The notes under the pieces: generated by a model | Told to the model about the DNA's origin: nothing | Database searches by the model: none | The model's input: the letters and a program-made list of their open reading frames with translations, nothing else | Position numbers and translations under genes: made by a program | IMG/VR virus record: IMGVR_UViG_3300020204_000006 | From: a virus | Strand: one strand, 5' to 3' | DNA: 64,000 bases | Shown: positions 33,893 through 43,730 of the stretch, one piece after another | Layout of the letters: the number at the start of each line of letters is the position of its first letter | Numbering within the stretch: the first letter of the stretch is position 1

Positions 33893-34311
33893 CTAATAGA
33901 ACAAAAGAGAATAAAAAATTGGTATTCAAAAATTACGGCGAATATCTTTATATGACAAGAAATTTGAGCAATCATCAAAAGGTTATGATTTTTGACAGTT
34001 TATCTCGAGATGAAAAAAAATCTTTAGAAAAAGCTCTTGTTGAAGAGGGCTGGGATGATTTAATATGGCAGAATGAGATAGACTACAAAATAGATCTTAT
34101 AAAAAAAATATTTGGCAGAGATGTAATAGATCTTAAAATAAAAGTTCTAAAAGGTAAAAAAATTAGAATGAAAACTAGTGTTTGGGAAAGAATAGTTGAA
34201 GAATTCAAGTCGGTCCCAGACTCCATGAAAAATCATATTTTTTCTGGCTTACAGTTCAAGATAGATAGAAATGATTTGCATTTTGGTATACTTCAGAAGG
34301 GAAAAAGATAA
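33889..34311 (+). CDS. Hypothetical protein
   Basis: 140-aa ORF, coupled on both sides. Confidence 0.65.
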   Translation: MTNRTKENKKLVFKNYGEYLYMTRNLSNHQKVMIFDSLSRDEKKSLEKALVEEGWDDLIWQNEIDYKIDLIKKIFGRDVIDLKIKVLKGKKIRMKTSVWERIVEEFKSVPDSMKNHIFSGLQFKIDRNDLHFGILQKGKR

Positions 34312-35024
34312 TGAGTAAAAAAAATAAAAAGTCCGCGTCCAATTCTGGCAATACTCCTGTAAATGGAAGCGGTTGCTATTCTTTTATAACTCCTAAAACT
34401 CAAGAGCAGGCAGATGCACTTAAAACTATAGATACTAATACAATATCATTTTTATATGGTGTTCCTGGAACTGGAAAAACAACTTTGGCTGTTGGATATG
34501 CTCTAAAAGAGCTTGTAAATTCTAAAATATCTAAAGTTATTATTACAAGACCATACGTTTCTGCTGGAGAAAATCTTGGATATCTTCCTGGAAGTTTAGA
34601 AGAAAAATTTGATCCATTTTTTACTCCAGTCCGTATGTGTATGGAAAAGATAATAGGAAAGTCTCAGTTAAATAAATATTTAAATTTGGGCCACATATTG
34701 GTTCTTCCTGTTGCCTATATGAGAGGTGTTACTTTTGAAAATTGCTGTGTCATCATGGACGAAGCCCAAAATTCGTCAATTGAACAGATGCATCTTGTCC
34801 TTACAAGAGTAGGCCAAAAATGCAAACTTATAATAACTGGAGATGAGTTTCAAACAGATATAAGAACTAAAAAAAATGGCCTTTCTGATGCCATATCTAG
34901 GCTTGGTGGTATTGATAGAATTGGTTTTTATGAATTGTCTGCTATGTCTTGCCAAAGAGATCTTTTGGTCGGAGAGATAGACATTAAATATAAAGGACAG
35001 ATAGATAAAAATAAGAATTTATAA
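34311..35024 (+). CDS. phoH: PhoH family ATPase
   Basis: GVPGTGKT Walker A, ITRPYV, LGYLPGSLEEKFDP, YMRGVTF, MDEAQN, TGDEFQTD. Confidence 0.93.
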   Translation: MSKKNKKSASNSGNTPVNGSGCYSFITPKTQEQADALKTIDTNTISFLYGVPGTGKTTLAVGYALKELVNSKISKVIITRPYVSAGENLGYLPGSLEEKFDPFFTPVRMCMEKIIGKSQLNKYLNLGHILVLPVAYMRGVTFENCCVIMDEAQNSSIEQMHLVLTRVGQKCKLIITGDEFQTDIRTKKNGLSDAISRLGGIDRIGFYELSAMSCQRDLLVGEIDIKYKGQIDKNKNL

Positions 35025-35029
35025 GTATT

Positions 35030-37174
35030 ATGAACATAGGTTGTCTATCTAATTCTTTATCAAAAATGGCATCTTTAAATGATGCCCAAAGATTTATATT
35101 TTATAAATATCTTTTAGGTAGCCTATATAGATTTGCTCAGTTTGATGATGATTTTGACGATTCTTCTATCGGTACAGGAACTGTAGATGGTTCTCTTAAA
35201 GGTGATCTTACTCCTGATCTTATAAATAAAGCAGAGCTTATAAAGTCTCTTTCTCTTTCTGGAGATAAGATAGGTTCCGATAGGATTATGAATGAAGTCT
35301 TATCAAGTTCTTTGCTTACAAAAAAACAAAAAAAAGATTTTAAAAAATATGTTATGAGGATTCTTCTTGCTGGTTCTTCTATAGGCGTAGAAGATCAGTC
35401 TAAAGTTCAAGATTCTAACCTTGGATATCAGTCCAAAGATATGTCCAGGTCTTTTTCTTTATTAAAAAGAATAAATAATGAGGTTTCTAGAATTCATCCT
35501 GATATATTTAATATTATTTACAACAAGCAAAATCCATTATATTCAAAATGTAGAAGTGATTTAAGATATGAAAAAAAGCTATCTGAAAAATATTTAGGAA
35601 GTTTGACCGACGTTATCTCGGATGTAGTTTCTGCTCCTGGTTTTACCTATTTTGAGCAGGATCCAAATAGGTTGCAAGAATCTTCTTTTGAGTATTTTTA
35701 TTACAACCCATTCCATATACCCCAAGACGTTAGCAGTACTTTAGCTAACTGTATGGGTTCAAGTAACCCTTCGCCACAAACAGTCTCTAAATGTCTTTGG
35801 AAGAATGCAGACAGGAGATTGATAAGTGACAATTTTACTTCAATAAGAAATGCATGCTTGGAGGAAATGCTTGAAAGAATTATCCGTAAAGAGCCTGCTA
35901 TGATGTGTTTTTTAGTTAGAATGCTTCTTAGGCATACTGATAGAATATTTGCTCAAAAGAAAAGCACTCCAATAAGTTTTGAAACTTTTGAGCAAGTTAA
36001 AAAAAATAAAGAAGATTGTGATTTAATTCATCTTAAATCAGATGTAATAGAAGCATTTACTCCAGATGACAAGGCAGAAGAAGCGAGATTAAATTCAGAA
36101 AAACAAGGTTGTCCTGATTCTTATTTGGTAGAAAAAGGCAAATACGATTCAAGTGAAGACGTCGAGAGAGAAAATAATTTAAAAATAGTTCGTAATTTTT
36201 ATCCTAGTTTCATAGCGCATTTAGAAAGAAAAAAATCAGAACTTGATTTGCTTTTTAGTTACATAATAAACTCAGCTTCTGATGAATCTGTTTACGGAAA
36301 TTTAAAAGATATTTGCAATGATATTAAAAATGATTTAATTGGTGTTATTGATGAAGAGATAGATGCTGTAAAACTAGATATGGATAAGAGTTCATACGGT
36401 ATTGCTGTTTCCATAATAAAGAAGATGCAGATATCTGGTAGTGCAGACTTTATTTCTGAAATTAGAAAAAAGAGCTTTGAATTTAAGGTTAGAATAAAGG
36501 ATCCTGATTCTATTTCAGATCGTGATATTGATATTATATCAGGTATAGATATTTCACTAATGCCATCTTATAATGTTTCTATTGAGGGTGTTCCAGGCTG
36601 GTCAAAAGAAGGTGGTTATGGAAAAATACAGGTTATTAAACAGCAATTTGATATGGCTTACGAAGAATTTTTAAGAGGGTCTATAGCGCGTCTTTCAACA
36701 ATGATGTCCAATCCTGATACTAGAAAAAGAATAATAGGTTGGTATAAAACTGGTACAAGAGGTATAAAGATAAACCCTGTAACTAAAAAAAGATCGATAT
36801 CATCTGATGAAATATATGAGCAATTTTTGAAGGGTTCTTTGACTGGAGATTCACTTAAATCTTATCTTTCAGGCCTTATAACCAGCCGTTCCGGAAATGA
36901 AAATTTAAAACTTTTTCTTGATAAGGTTTCAATTGGTAAGAATTTTGGACAGCAAGTAAAAGAGCTGTCATCTTTTAGGGAAAATTTTAGGTCACTGATA
37001 TCAAAAATATCTAAAGATGCAGAAATGCCACCTTCTGTGGTTGAATCTGGAATGACATTGTTTTCAACTCAAATTTCTTCTGAAGAAAATAAAAAAGAAG
37101 AAAAAACTGCTTGTTTTGATTTTATGTCTCAAGGCTTTTTAATAAAAATGGCTTCATACATAAGGAGCAGGTGA
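35030..37174 (+). CDS. Hypothetical protein, 714 aa
   Basis: Long ORF; KMAS at both ends and RFAQ near the N-terminus; no family recognised. Confidence 0.8.
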   Translation: MNIGCLSNSLSKMASLNDAQRFIFYKYLLGSLYRFAQFDDDFDDSSIGTGTVDGSLKGDLTPDLINKAELIKSLSLSGDKIGSDRIMNEVLSSSLLTKKQKKDFKKYVMRILLAGSSIGVEDQSKVQDSNLGYQSKDMSRSFSLLKRINNEVSRIHPDIFNIIYNKQNPLYSKCRSDLRYEKKLSEKYLGSLTDVISDVVSAPGFTYFEQDPNRLQESSFEYFYYNPFHIPQDVSSTLANCMGSSNPSPQTVSKCLWKNADRRLISDNFTSIRNACLEEMLERIIRKEPAMMCFLVRMLLRHTDRIFAQKKSTPISFETFEQVKKNKEDCDLIHLKSDVIEAFTPDDKAEEARLNSEKQGCPDSYLVEKGKYDSSEDVERENNLKIVRNFYPSFIAHLERKKSELDLLFSYIINSASDESVYGNLKDICNDIKNDLIGVIDEEIDAVKLDMDKSSYGIAVSIIKKMQISGSADFISEIRKKSFEFKVRIKDPDSISDRDIDIISGIDISLMPSYNVSIEGVPGWSKEGGYGKIQVIKQQFDMAYEEFLRGSIARLSTMMSNPDTRKRIIGWYKTGTRGIKINPVTKKRSISSDEIYEQFLKGSLTGDSLKSYLSGLITSRSGNENLKLFLDKVSIGKNFGQQVKELSSFRENFRSLISKISKDAEMPPSVVESGMTLFSTQISSEENKKEEKTACFDFMSQGFLIKMASYIRSR

Positions 37175-37177
37175 TAT

Positions 37178-37354
37178 ATGGTTTTTGTTTGTGTTTGTGA
37201 AAAATGTCATGAACACAGTAGAGATAAAAATCTATCAATAGAGATAAATTTTAGCGACAAGGTAATTTATTTTAAGTGTACTAAATGTGGTCATCTTAAT
37301 TCCATAGAACTAGATAAAAAAAATTTTAAATTACCAAAAGGCAAAGTAATATAA
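37178..37354 (+). CDS. 58-aa zinc-ribbon protein not in the ORF track
   Basis: AGGAG/AGGTG upstream; MVFVCVCEKC...FKCTKCGHLN; TAATG overlap with the next gene. Confidence 0.75.
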   Translation: MVFVCVCEKCHEHSRDKNLSIEINFSDKVIYFKCTKCGHLNSIELDKKNFKLPKGKVI

Positions 37355-37872
37355 TGTTTTCAATACAAAATAAAAGTGGTAAATACATATCGATAAGCGA
37401 TCTTGGTCTGGTGCTTGCTCCAAAACAGTGCATAGATCTTGATAGAGTTGTTGATAGACATGTTTCTGATTCATCTTCGTGTTTAAAAAAAGCAGTAGAG
37501 ACAAGCATGGTAAAAATATTAAGAAAAGATATTGAGTTAAAAAATATTATAGTTGAAAAAAGAGAAAAGATAGATATAAATTCTGATGAAATTAAAAAAG
37601 AACTAGACTCTTTTAAAAAAGATATAATATCTATTCTTTCAGAAAATCTTAAAAATAATAAAACAGTTGTAATACAACAGGTTTTAGAGAATTCTTCTAA
37701 TTCTGTAGAGACGGATGAAACTCATGCCGATTCTTCTGTTCTCTCTAAACTTCATGAAAAAACCATGGAAAAGATGTTAAAAAATACAGAAATGAACATA
37801 TCCAATTCGTCTAAAGAGGTTAATAATTCTAGTTTGCAAAATAAACTTGATGAGCTTGAGGGCTTGTTGTAA
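37354..37872 (+). CDS. Hypothetical protein: N-terminal domain shared with 9730..10353, coiled-coil C-terminus
   Basis: IQNKSGKYISISDLGLVLAPKQCIDL...LKKAVETSMVKIL; ends LQNKLDELEGLL. Confidence 0.7.
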   Translation: MFSIQNKSGKYISISDLGLVLAPKQCIDLDRVVDRHVSDSSSCLKKAVETSMVKILRKDIELKNIIVEKREKIDINSDEIKKELDSFKKDIISILSENLKNNKTVVIQQVLENSSNSVETDETHADSSVLSKLHEKTMEKMLKNTEMNISNSSKEVNNSSLQNKLDELEGLL

Positions 37873-37886
37873 TAAAGGAGAAAATT

Positions 37887-38939
37887 ATGCCATATTCTGG
37901 TTTTGATGTAGGAACAATGTTTTGTCAATGTGCAAAAATAGACAGTAAAAACAAAACTAATATTTCTGTATCAAGAAATTCTTTTGTTGAAATAGAGAAC
38001 GACGGTTCTGATTTAGAAGAAATTTTAAAAAGAAATAGTTGGCAATATGTAAATGATGGTGGAAAGTATTATGTTATAGGAGACGATAGCCTTCAAGTTG
38101 TCAAGCTTTTTCCTAACAAGCTTGATCTTCGTCGTCCCATGCAGGATGGCGTTTTAAATAAGAATGAAGAAAAAAAGAATATAGTTCTTGGAAAAATTAT
38201 TGAAGGCTTACTTGGTAAAGCGCCTAATCAAAATTCTGTTGTTGCTACTTGTATAAGCTCTCCTTGTGTTGATGATTCGCTTAATAGCGAATTTCACGCA
38301 CTTAGATTGAAAAGCATGTTTACTAGACTTGGATGGAAGGTAAAGGTAATAGAGGAAGGTCTAGCTGTAATACTTAATGAAAGACCATCGTGCAAAGATA
38401 ATCTTGGGAATGAGATACCCTATTCTGGAATAGGCATATCTTTTGGTGGAGGAAGAGTTAATTGCGTCTTGGCGTATAAGGGTCTTCAAATAATTGGAAT
38501 GTCTGTTAGTAGATCTGGTGATTGGATTGACAAGCAGGTTTCTTCTCAAACTGGAGCTCCCATTTCTCAAATATTGAGAAAAAAAGAATTTGAGTTAGAT
38601 TTTGAAAACTTGAATGAGGATGATGATATTATATTTGGTCTTTCTACTTATTATGATGTTATGCTAAAGCATGTTTTTGGTCTTTTCGCTAAAAAATTTG
38701 TTGAGGTAAAAACTGAATTTGATATGCCTCTAGATATAGTTGTTGCTGGAGGCACTGCTATGCCAAACGGTTTTGAAACTAGGGTGTCCGATGTTGTGTC
38801 TGGTATGACTCTTCCTTTCAAGATAGGCAATATAAAAAAGAGTCAAGATCCAAGAAATTCAGTTGTTCTTGGATTGCTTGTTCAGGCTGGAATATCTCAA
38901 AGAAAACTTGATAAGGGTCTTTCGGAGGACAGTATCTAA
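37887..38939 (+). CDS. Actin-fold ATPase (MreB/ParM/FtsA-like)
   Basis: AAGGAG SD; phosphate-1 GFDVGT, connect-1 IEEGLAVI, phosphate-2 ISFGGGRVN, adenosine VVAGGTAMPNGF, terminal SVVLGLL. Confidence 0.8.
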   Translation: MPYSGFDVGTMFCQCAKIDSKNKTNISVSRNSFVEIENDGSDLEEILKRNSWQYVNDGGKYYVIGDDSLQVVKLFPNKLDLRRPMQDGVLNKNEEKKNIVLGKIIEGLLGKAPNQNSVVATCISSPCVDDSLNSEFHALRLKSMFTRLGWKVKVIEEGLAVILNERPSCKDNLGNEIPYSGIGISFGGGRVNCVLAYKGLQIIGMSVSRSGDWIDKQVSSQTGAPISQILRKKEFELDFENLNEDDDIIFGLSTYYDVMLKHVFGLFAKKFVEVKTEFDMPLDIVVAGGTAMPNGFETRVSDVVSGMTLPFKIGNIKKSQDPRNSVVLGLLVQAGISQRKLDKGLSEDSI

Positions 38940-39670
38940 TGGGATATTGCAATAGAACGCTTGTTGAAAGAATAATAGCACAATCTATGACAAGTGCTAC
39001 TATATCCAGCACAAATCATCCTCAAAAAGGCTTGTTGAGAGATTTCGGAAATCAGTTAAATACAAACGTAATATCTCTCGACACACTTAATGAGCACATA
39101 TCCATTGCTGATCAATTTATAAACAGCGTACTTAGTGAAATGTATAAAGTTCCATTAAAAGAGTTTTCTGATTTTGATGTTGATCTTGGTTTAGATATAG
39201 ATGAATACTCTTCTCATATTGTGTTGAGTCGTCCTTGTGCTAATGTATTTAATCCAGGTGACATTATTTTTATAACTAACGGCAATCAGTCGGATAGGTG
39301 TATCGTGTCTTCATATATAAACGAAAACACATTAACTGTTGATCAGCTGCCTTCTGGAAATTATTCTTCATCTGATACAAGAATATTAAGAATAAAATTT
39401 CCTGAACCAATATCAATTACTTCTGCTCGTCTGACTGTATCTTCTATTTATGATAGATATTATTTATCTCAAAGTCAGCTTCAGGGAAATGAATTTTCCA
39501 AAAAAATGAGAGAGCTTGCTAGAGTTGATCTTAATAATATTATTCATGGAAGAGTCATACTTCATGGCCAGCAAAGAATAGGAATGCGCTTTGCTAATCC
39601 AAATCTCAAGGACAGGTATAATCTTCCTTCTGGTGATAGTGATTCAACAAGAGACATTCCAGAAATTTAA
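38939..39670 (+). CDS. Head-tail connector (Mu gp36/DUF1320-like) with inserted beta domain
   Basis: MGYC..LVERII; ISIADQFINSVLSEMYKVPL; PEPISITSARLTVSSIY; MRELARVDLNNI. Confidence 0.6.
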   Translation: MGYCNRTLVERIIAQSMTSATISSTNHPQKGLLRDFGNQLNTNVISLDTLNEHISIADQFINSVLSEMYKVPLKEFSDFDVDLGLDIDEYSSHIVLSRPCANVFNPGDIIFITNGNQSDRCIVSSYINENTLTVDQLPSGNYSSSDTRILRIKFPEPISITSARLTVSSIYDRYYLSQSQLQGNEFSKKMRELARVDLNNIIHGRVILHGQQRIGMRFANPNLKDRYNLPSGDSDSTRDIPEI

Positions 39671-39676
39671 TTTTTA

Positions 39677-40573
39677 ATGGAACAAATACTAGATAGCTTA
39701 AAAAAAATTATTTATAGATGGCTTAATACTGAAACTGCAATTACCGAAAATCTGTCATCGGGATCAACTTTAATAAAAGTTGACAGGGCAACCAGATTTA
39801 TGCCTGGTGATGAAATTGCAATTACTGATGGAACAGAATTTGAATTCCCACTTGTAATTCATTCAATAATAGATGAAAATAATATTTTGTTAAAAAGTGA
39901 AACAAAATTTAGTTGGAGTTCTTCAAATGCGTATGTTAAAAAGACAATAGCTGGTCAATTAATCCAGGGTATTTATGTTGGTGACGTTAGCTCAATACCT
40001 AAATTTCCTGCTGTTTTAATAAATGGCGTAAGTAGGTCTAGCGAATGGACTACTCTTGAGAGTACTACAGAAAAATATGAAATTTCTATAACATGTTACG
40101 TTGAAGGCGCAACACAGGAGGACGGTTATAGGTCTCTTTTGAGAATGTCAAATATTATAGATAGGGGTCTTAAGAGGAACGTATTTCCTGTTGTTGGAGA
40201 AATTGGTCCAATCGACGTTATAGATTCTGTTGATATTGGTGATTATTTTATAAGAGTTGATGATACTGATGGTATGGTTAAAAATCAACTTCTAATTATA
40301 GAAGATAAATTCAAAGCTGAGGATGTATCAATAGAAGAAGTAATAGATAGTCAGACAATTAAATTACACAAAAAAGTATTTAATGATTATCCTCTAATAA
40401 ATGATCCCAGGGTTTTAATAGTTAGTAGATTTTTATATAATAGCTGGCCGAAAAATATTAGTTACACTACTGTCCAGAAGGATACACTTCTTAAGGGTGC
40501 AACTATAAACTGGAGCGCAGAGGAGATACAGCTTCAGGGTAGAATCGGATGGGTTGATACTCCTAGGGATTAA
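39677..40573 (+). CDS. Putative tail terminator/tail completion protein with two inserted beta domains
   Basis: YVGDVSSIPKFPAVLING..YEISITCYV; position between connector and tail tube. Confidence 0.5.
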   Translation: MEQILDSLKKIIYRWLNTETAITENLSSGSTLIKVDRATRFMPGDEIAITDGTEFEFPLVIHSIIDENNILLKSETKFSWSSSNAYVKKTIAGQLIQGIYVGDVSSIPKFPAVLINGVSRSSEWTTLESTTEKYEISITCYVEGATQEDGYRSLLRMSNIIDRGLKRNVFPVVGEIGPIDVIDSVDIGDYFIRVDDTDGMVKNQLLIIEDKFKAEDVSIEEVIDSQTIKLHKKVFNDYPLINDPRVLIVSRFLYNSWPKNISYTTVQKDTLLKGATINWSAEEIQLQGRIGWVDTPRD

Positions 40574-40577
40574 TACT

Positions 40578-41675
40578 ATGAAAACATTGGTAATTGGAGA
40601 GTGTCCTTGGAGAAAAAATCCATTTGGATACTTGGTTAGAAAACTTGTTCATTCTTTAAGTAAGAATTCAGATGTCGTTCTTCTTGCAGAAGGTCATGAT
40701 GCATCTCTTTTTGGTGATGGTCAAAAAAGCCTGATAAAAAATGAAGATTTTCATGAAATAGAAGTAATTGGTATAAATAATGATGTTTCAAAATCTTCTA
40801 TTATTTTGTATGAAATATATAAAGCTTGGAATTTTGATATTATAATTACCGTTGGGCATCTTGCTAAATTTGAATGGGTTGATGCTTTTTTTAATTTTTC
40901 TCAAAGTGATGCAAGATGGGGAGCTATAGTACCAGAAAATTTTCAAAATAATTATGTTATAAGTGAAAATCTGGATTCAATATGTTCTTTTAATGTATCT
41001 ACAAATTTTAATGAAGTTGACAATTTTAGTATATATCCTGAGCTTATTTGGGGCGAAGATTTTTCGTATGAAAATTCCATCAGTTCTAACTCTGTTTATA
41101 AAATAGGACTAATTGGAGAAAATACAATATTGTCAAATTTTCACATATGTGAAAGTTTAAAAAAAGATTTTAATTTTACTTATTTTTCATCCGTTAATCA
41201 AAGAAGTTATTATTCAGAAGAGCAATTAAAAGGAATGGGAGTGTCAATATACCCTGGCTTTAGAATGCATAATTTTTGGGACAATGATAGTGCATTCATA
41301 GATTTTGTAAATTCAAATGACGGTTTTATAATTTTAGATGATGTTCCTGATTTTGGTTATTATTCTTACGTTATATCTAAGACAAATAAGCCATTAATAT
41401 CCTCCTGTTCAAGGTTAAAATGTGGAATAAAACATGCATATGTTTCTGCCATTACTTTGCCATCAAATAACGTTTATCTTGATAAATATCATATATTTAA
41501 TAATACTTCTGAAATAATTCTTAATTTTGATATAAAATATGTAAAATCTGAGTCAGAATTTAGTTTAAAAAAAGGGGATTGTATAAATACTGTTGAATTA
41601 TTTATTGATATGCAGAGTAAATTATTTACAAAAGCTAAAAGGATAAAGGAATTAAGGTTGGAAATACATAAATAA
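40578..41675 (+). CDS. Hypothetical protein, possibly degenerate GT4-like fold (track start 40554; ATG 40578 preferred)
   Basis: MKTLVIGECPW..PFGYLVRKLVHSL..DVVLL resembles a GT-B N-terminus; no intact ExxG..E motif. Confidence 0.55.
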   Translation: MKTLVIGECPWRKNPFGYLVRKLVHSLSKNSDVVLLAEGHDASLFGDGQKSLIKNEDFHEIEVIGINNDVSKSSIILYEIYKAWNFDIIITVGHLAKFEWVDAFFNFSQSDARWGAIVPENFQNNYVISENLDSICSFNVSTNFNEVDNFSIYPELIWGEDFSYENSISSNSVYKIGLIGENTILSNFHICESLKKDFNFTYFSSVNQRSYYSEEQLKGMGVSIYPGFRMHNFWDNDSAFIDFVNSNDGFIILDDVPDFGYYSYVISKTNKPLISSCSRLKCGIKHAYVSAITLPSNNVYLDKYHIFNNTSEIILNFDIKYVKSESEFSLKKGDCINTVELFIDMQSKLFTKAKRIKELRLEIHK

Positions 41676-41692
41676 TTCAACGGGAGAGCAAA

Positions 41693-42061
41693 ATGGCAGT
41701 ATTAGAAGCACAAATTTATCTAACAATAGCAAATAACATAGCGACAGCAAGAGACAATATTGTTTCGGTTGTTGACAATTTTTATAGTAATGTTTATGAG
41801 ATAGTTTTGCTAGACGACATACAGCAGACTCTTGATCTGCTCGAGCCAATGTATAGTGCATATACTGTTTCTGATACAAGCTTGAGAACAATTACTCTTT
41901 ATCAGACTGCTATTTCTGCACTTAATAATCATATTCTGACAAGAGGTGGGTATTCTAATATAAACCAGTATCTTGCTGCAGAGGGTATAGATGTTCCTCA
42001 AACGTTCGCAGATTTGTCAAGTTTAGCTGGGTTCCCCATCGATGCATCTAATATTTCATAA
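41693..42061 (+). CDS. Hypothetical helical protein upstream of the tail tube
   Basis: GGAG SD; 122-aa ORF. Confidence 0.7.
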   Translation: MAVLEAQIYLTIANNIATARDNIVSVVDNFYSNVYEIVLLDDIQQTLDLLEPMYSAYTVSDTSLRTITLYQTAISALNNHILTRGGYSNINQYLAAEGIDVPQTFADLSSLAGFPIDASNIS

Positions 42062-42081
42062 AATCAATTCAGAGGTAAATC

Positions 42082-43125
42082 ATGGCAGGTGATTCATTCG
42101 GCATTCCATCGTCGTTAACATATCCTGGATACGCAGGATTCAGTGGTATTGTTGACTACAATAATACCACATTTAGAGTTGAAAACTGTAGCGTCAAGGC
42201 CCAGCAGAATATAGAGCCCATAGAGGACGTTGACGGTGCAGCTTCTCATGGTCGTTTTTTACTTGCCCCCTTAACCATATCTGGTGATGTAAATTTTAAA
42301 TTTGACATATTCTCAACTGGTAGTGGAGATGGTGGCAATGGATATCAGGCTGCTTTACAATTTTTAGAAGACGCTTATGGAAGAGATGCCGAAACAGGTA
42401 ATTTGCGTGCTCGTCTTATTAATAGAATTTTGAATGTCAGATATCACGGTGGTTTTAATTACGAATATCACGGTATATTAATTAACACTCTAAGAATGAG
42501 CATATCTGCTGGTCAGGCAGTGGAAATAAGTGCTAATCTTAAAGGTATTTCTAGAACAAAAAATAATACTGCTCAATCCAAGAATGTTGAGTCTGCTGGT
42601 ATGCTTGCCCCAGTTCGTGTTGCAACTTACAATGACGTTCAAATGGTTTTAGAGGACAATCAATCAGATTCTCCAAGTCAGATTTTTGATTCTTCTTGTT
42701 TTCTTGTTAGAGACTTTAACATGTCTATAGATAATGGGGTGCAAGATATACATACACTCGGTGGAAGACTTCGTCCATATGATCTTGTTGCTGGTAAAAG
42801 AAAGGTTAGTGGTTCATTTAAGCTTTTAAGTAATCCAGGAACAAACGCTCTAAGACAATACATACAGGACCACGAAAAGAGAGCTGTATCTAGACTTAAA
42901 ATGACATTAAATCTTAACAAGGGAATTACTGGTTTTCAGCCTTTTATGATTTTGCCAGGTGTCGTTCCGTCTCTTGAAGATGTAACAGTAACTCCATCAA
43001 ATGTTGTAGAACTTTCATTTAATTACCAGGCTTTCGGTGCAGACAATCATACAAGCCCATTCCAGAACGTAACTTTTCCTGATGTATCAGAAGAAAAGGG
43101 CTATTTCCCATTCCCAGGAATTTGA
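42082..43125 (+). CDS. Major tail tube protein
   Basis: GAGGT SD; beta-rich; FNMSIDNGVQDIHTLG..YDLVAGKRKVSGSF motif; precedes chaperones and tape measure. Confidence 0.75.
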   Translation: MAGDSFGIPSSLTYPGYAGFSGIVDYNNTTFRVENCSVKAQQNIEPIEDVDGAASHGRFLLAPLTISGDVNFKFDIFSTGSGDGGNGYQAALQFLEDAYGRDAETGNLRARLINRILNVRYHGGFNYEYHGILINTLRMSISAGQAVEISANLKGISRTKNNTAQSKNVESAGMLAPVRVATYNDVQMVLEDNQSDSPSQIFDSSCFLVRDFNMSIDNGVQDIHTLGGRLRPYDLVAGKRKVSGSFKLLSNPGTNALRQYIQDHEKRAVSRLKMTLNLNKGITGFQPFMILPGVVPSLEDVTVTPSNVVELSFNYQAFGADNHTSPFQNVTFPDVSEEKGYFPFPGI

Positions 43126-43140
43126 CGACATATACTTTAT

Positions 43141-43719
43141 ATGTCGGATTCCTCTGAAGATGTTATAGTTATCCCTGTACTTATCAACAAAGAAAATGAT
43201 TTTTTTGTTATAAATTGTTATTGGAAAAAAATAGATACAGATATTGTTAGGAAGTATTACTCTAGTAATAAAAAATTTTGTTATATTGAATGTAAGATAA
43301 AAATTGACTCTGAATCTTTTGAATTATTTTGTATCAAAAATTTTTTTGTAAAAGCTATTATAAATGGAGAAGATTCAGAGATAAGCTCTAGTAACTTCTT
43401 AAAATTAGATCCAATGATTGGTAAAAGTATAATGCAATCTTATGTAGATTATTTCAATAGTGTTGATAAAGATCAGAGTGGAAGCAATTATTCTAAATTA
43501 ATAGATTCAATAAAAGGTAAATTTTCTTCTGATGTAGATATATTTACAAAAATATGTTATTTATCTGTCTCTACAGGAATGAGAATTGATTATTTGGAGT
43601 CTCTTGATTCCATACTTGTAGATAAATTATATGATATATCTCTTATAAAAGAAAACTTTAAAAATATAGACATTATAAATGCCATGAGTATCATGGCTGG
43701 TGGTAAATCGGTACTTTAA
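43141..43719 (+). CDS. Putative tail assembly chaperone
   Basis: Between tube and tape measure; ICYLSVSTGMRIDYLESL resembles gpT-like C-termini. Confidence 0.45.
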   Translation: MSDSSEDVIVIPVLINKENDFFVINCYWKKIDTDIVRKYYSSNKKFCYIECKIKIDSESFELFCIKNFFVKAIINGEDSEISSSNFLKLDPMIGKSIMQSYVDYFNSVDKDQSGSNYSKLIDSIKGKFSSDVDIFTKICYLSVSTGMRIDYLESLDSILVDKLYDISLIKENFKNIDIINAMSIMAGGKSVL

Positions 43720-43730
43720 AAGGAGGTAAA

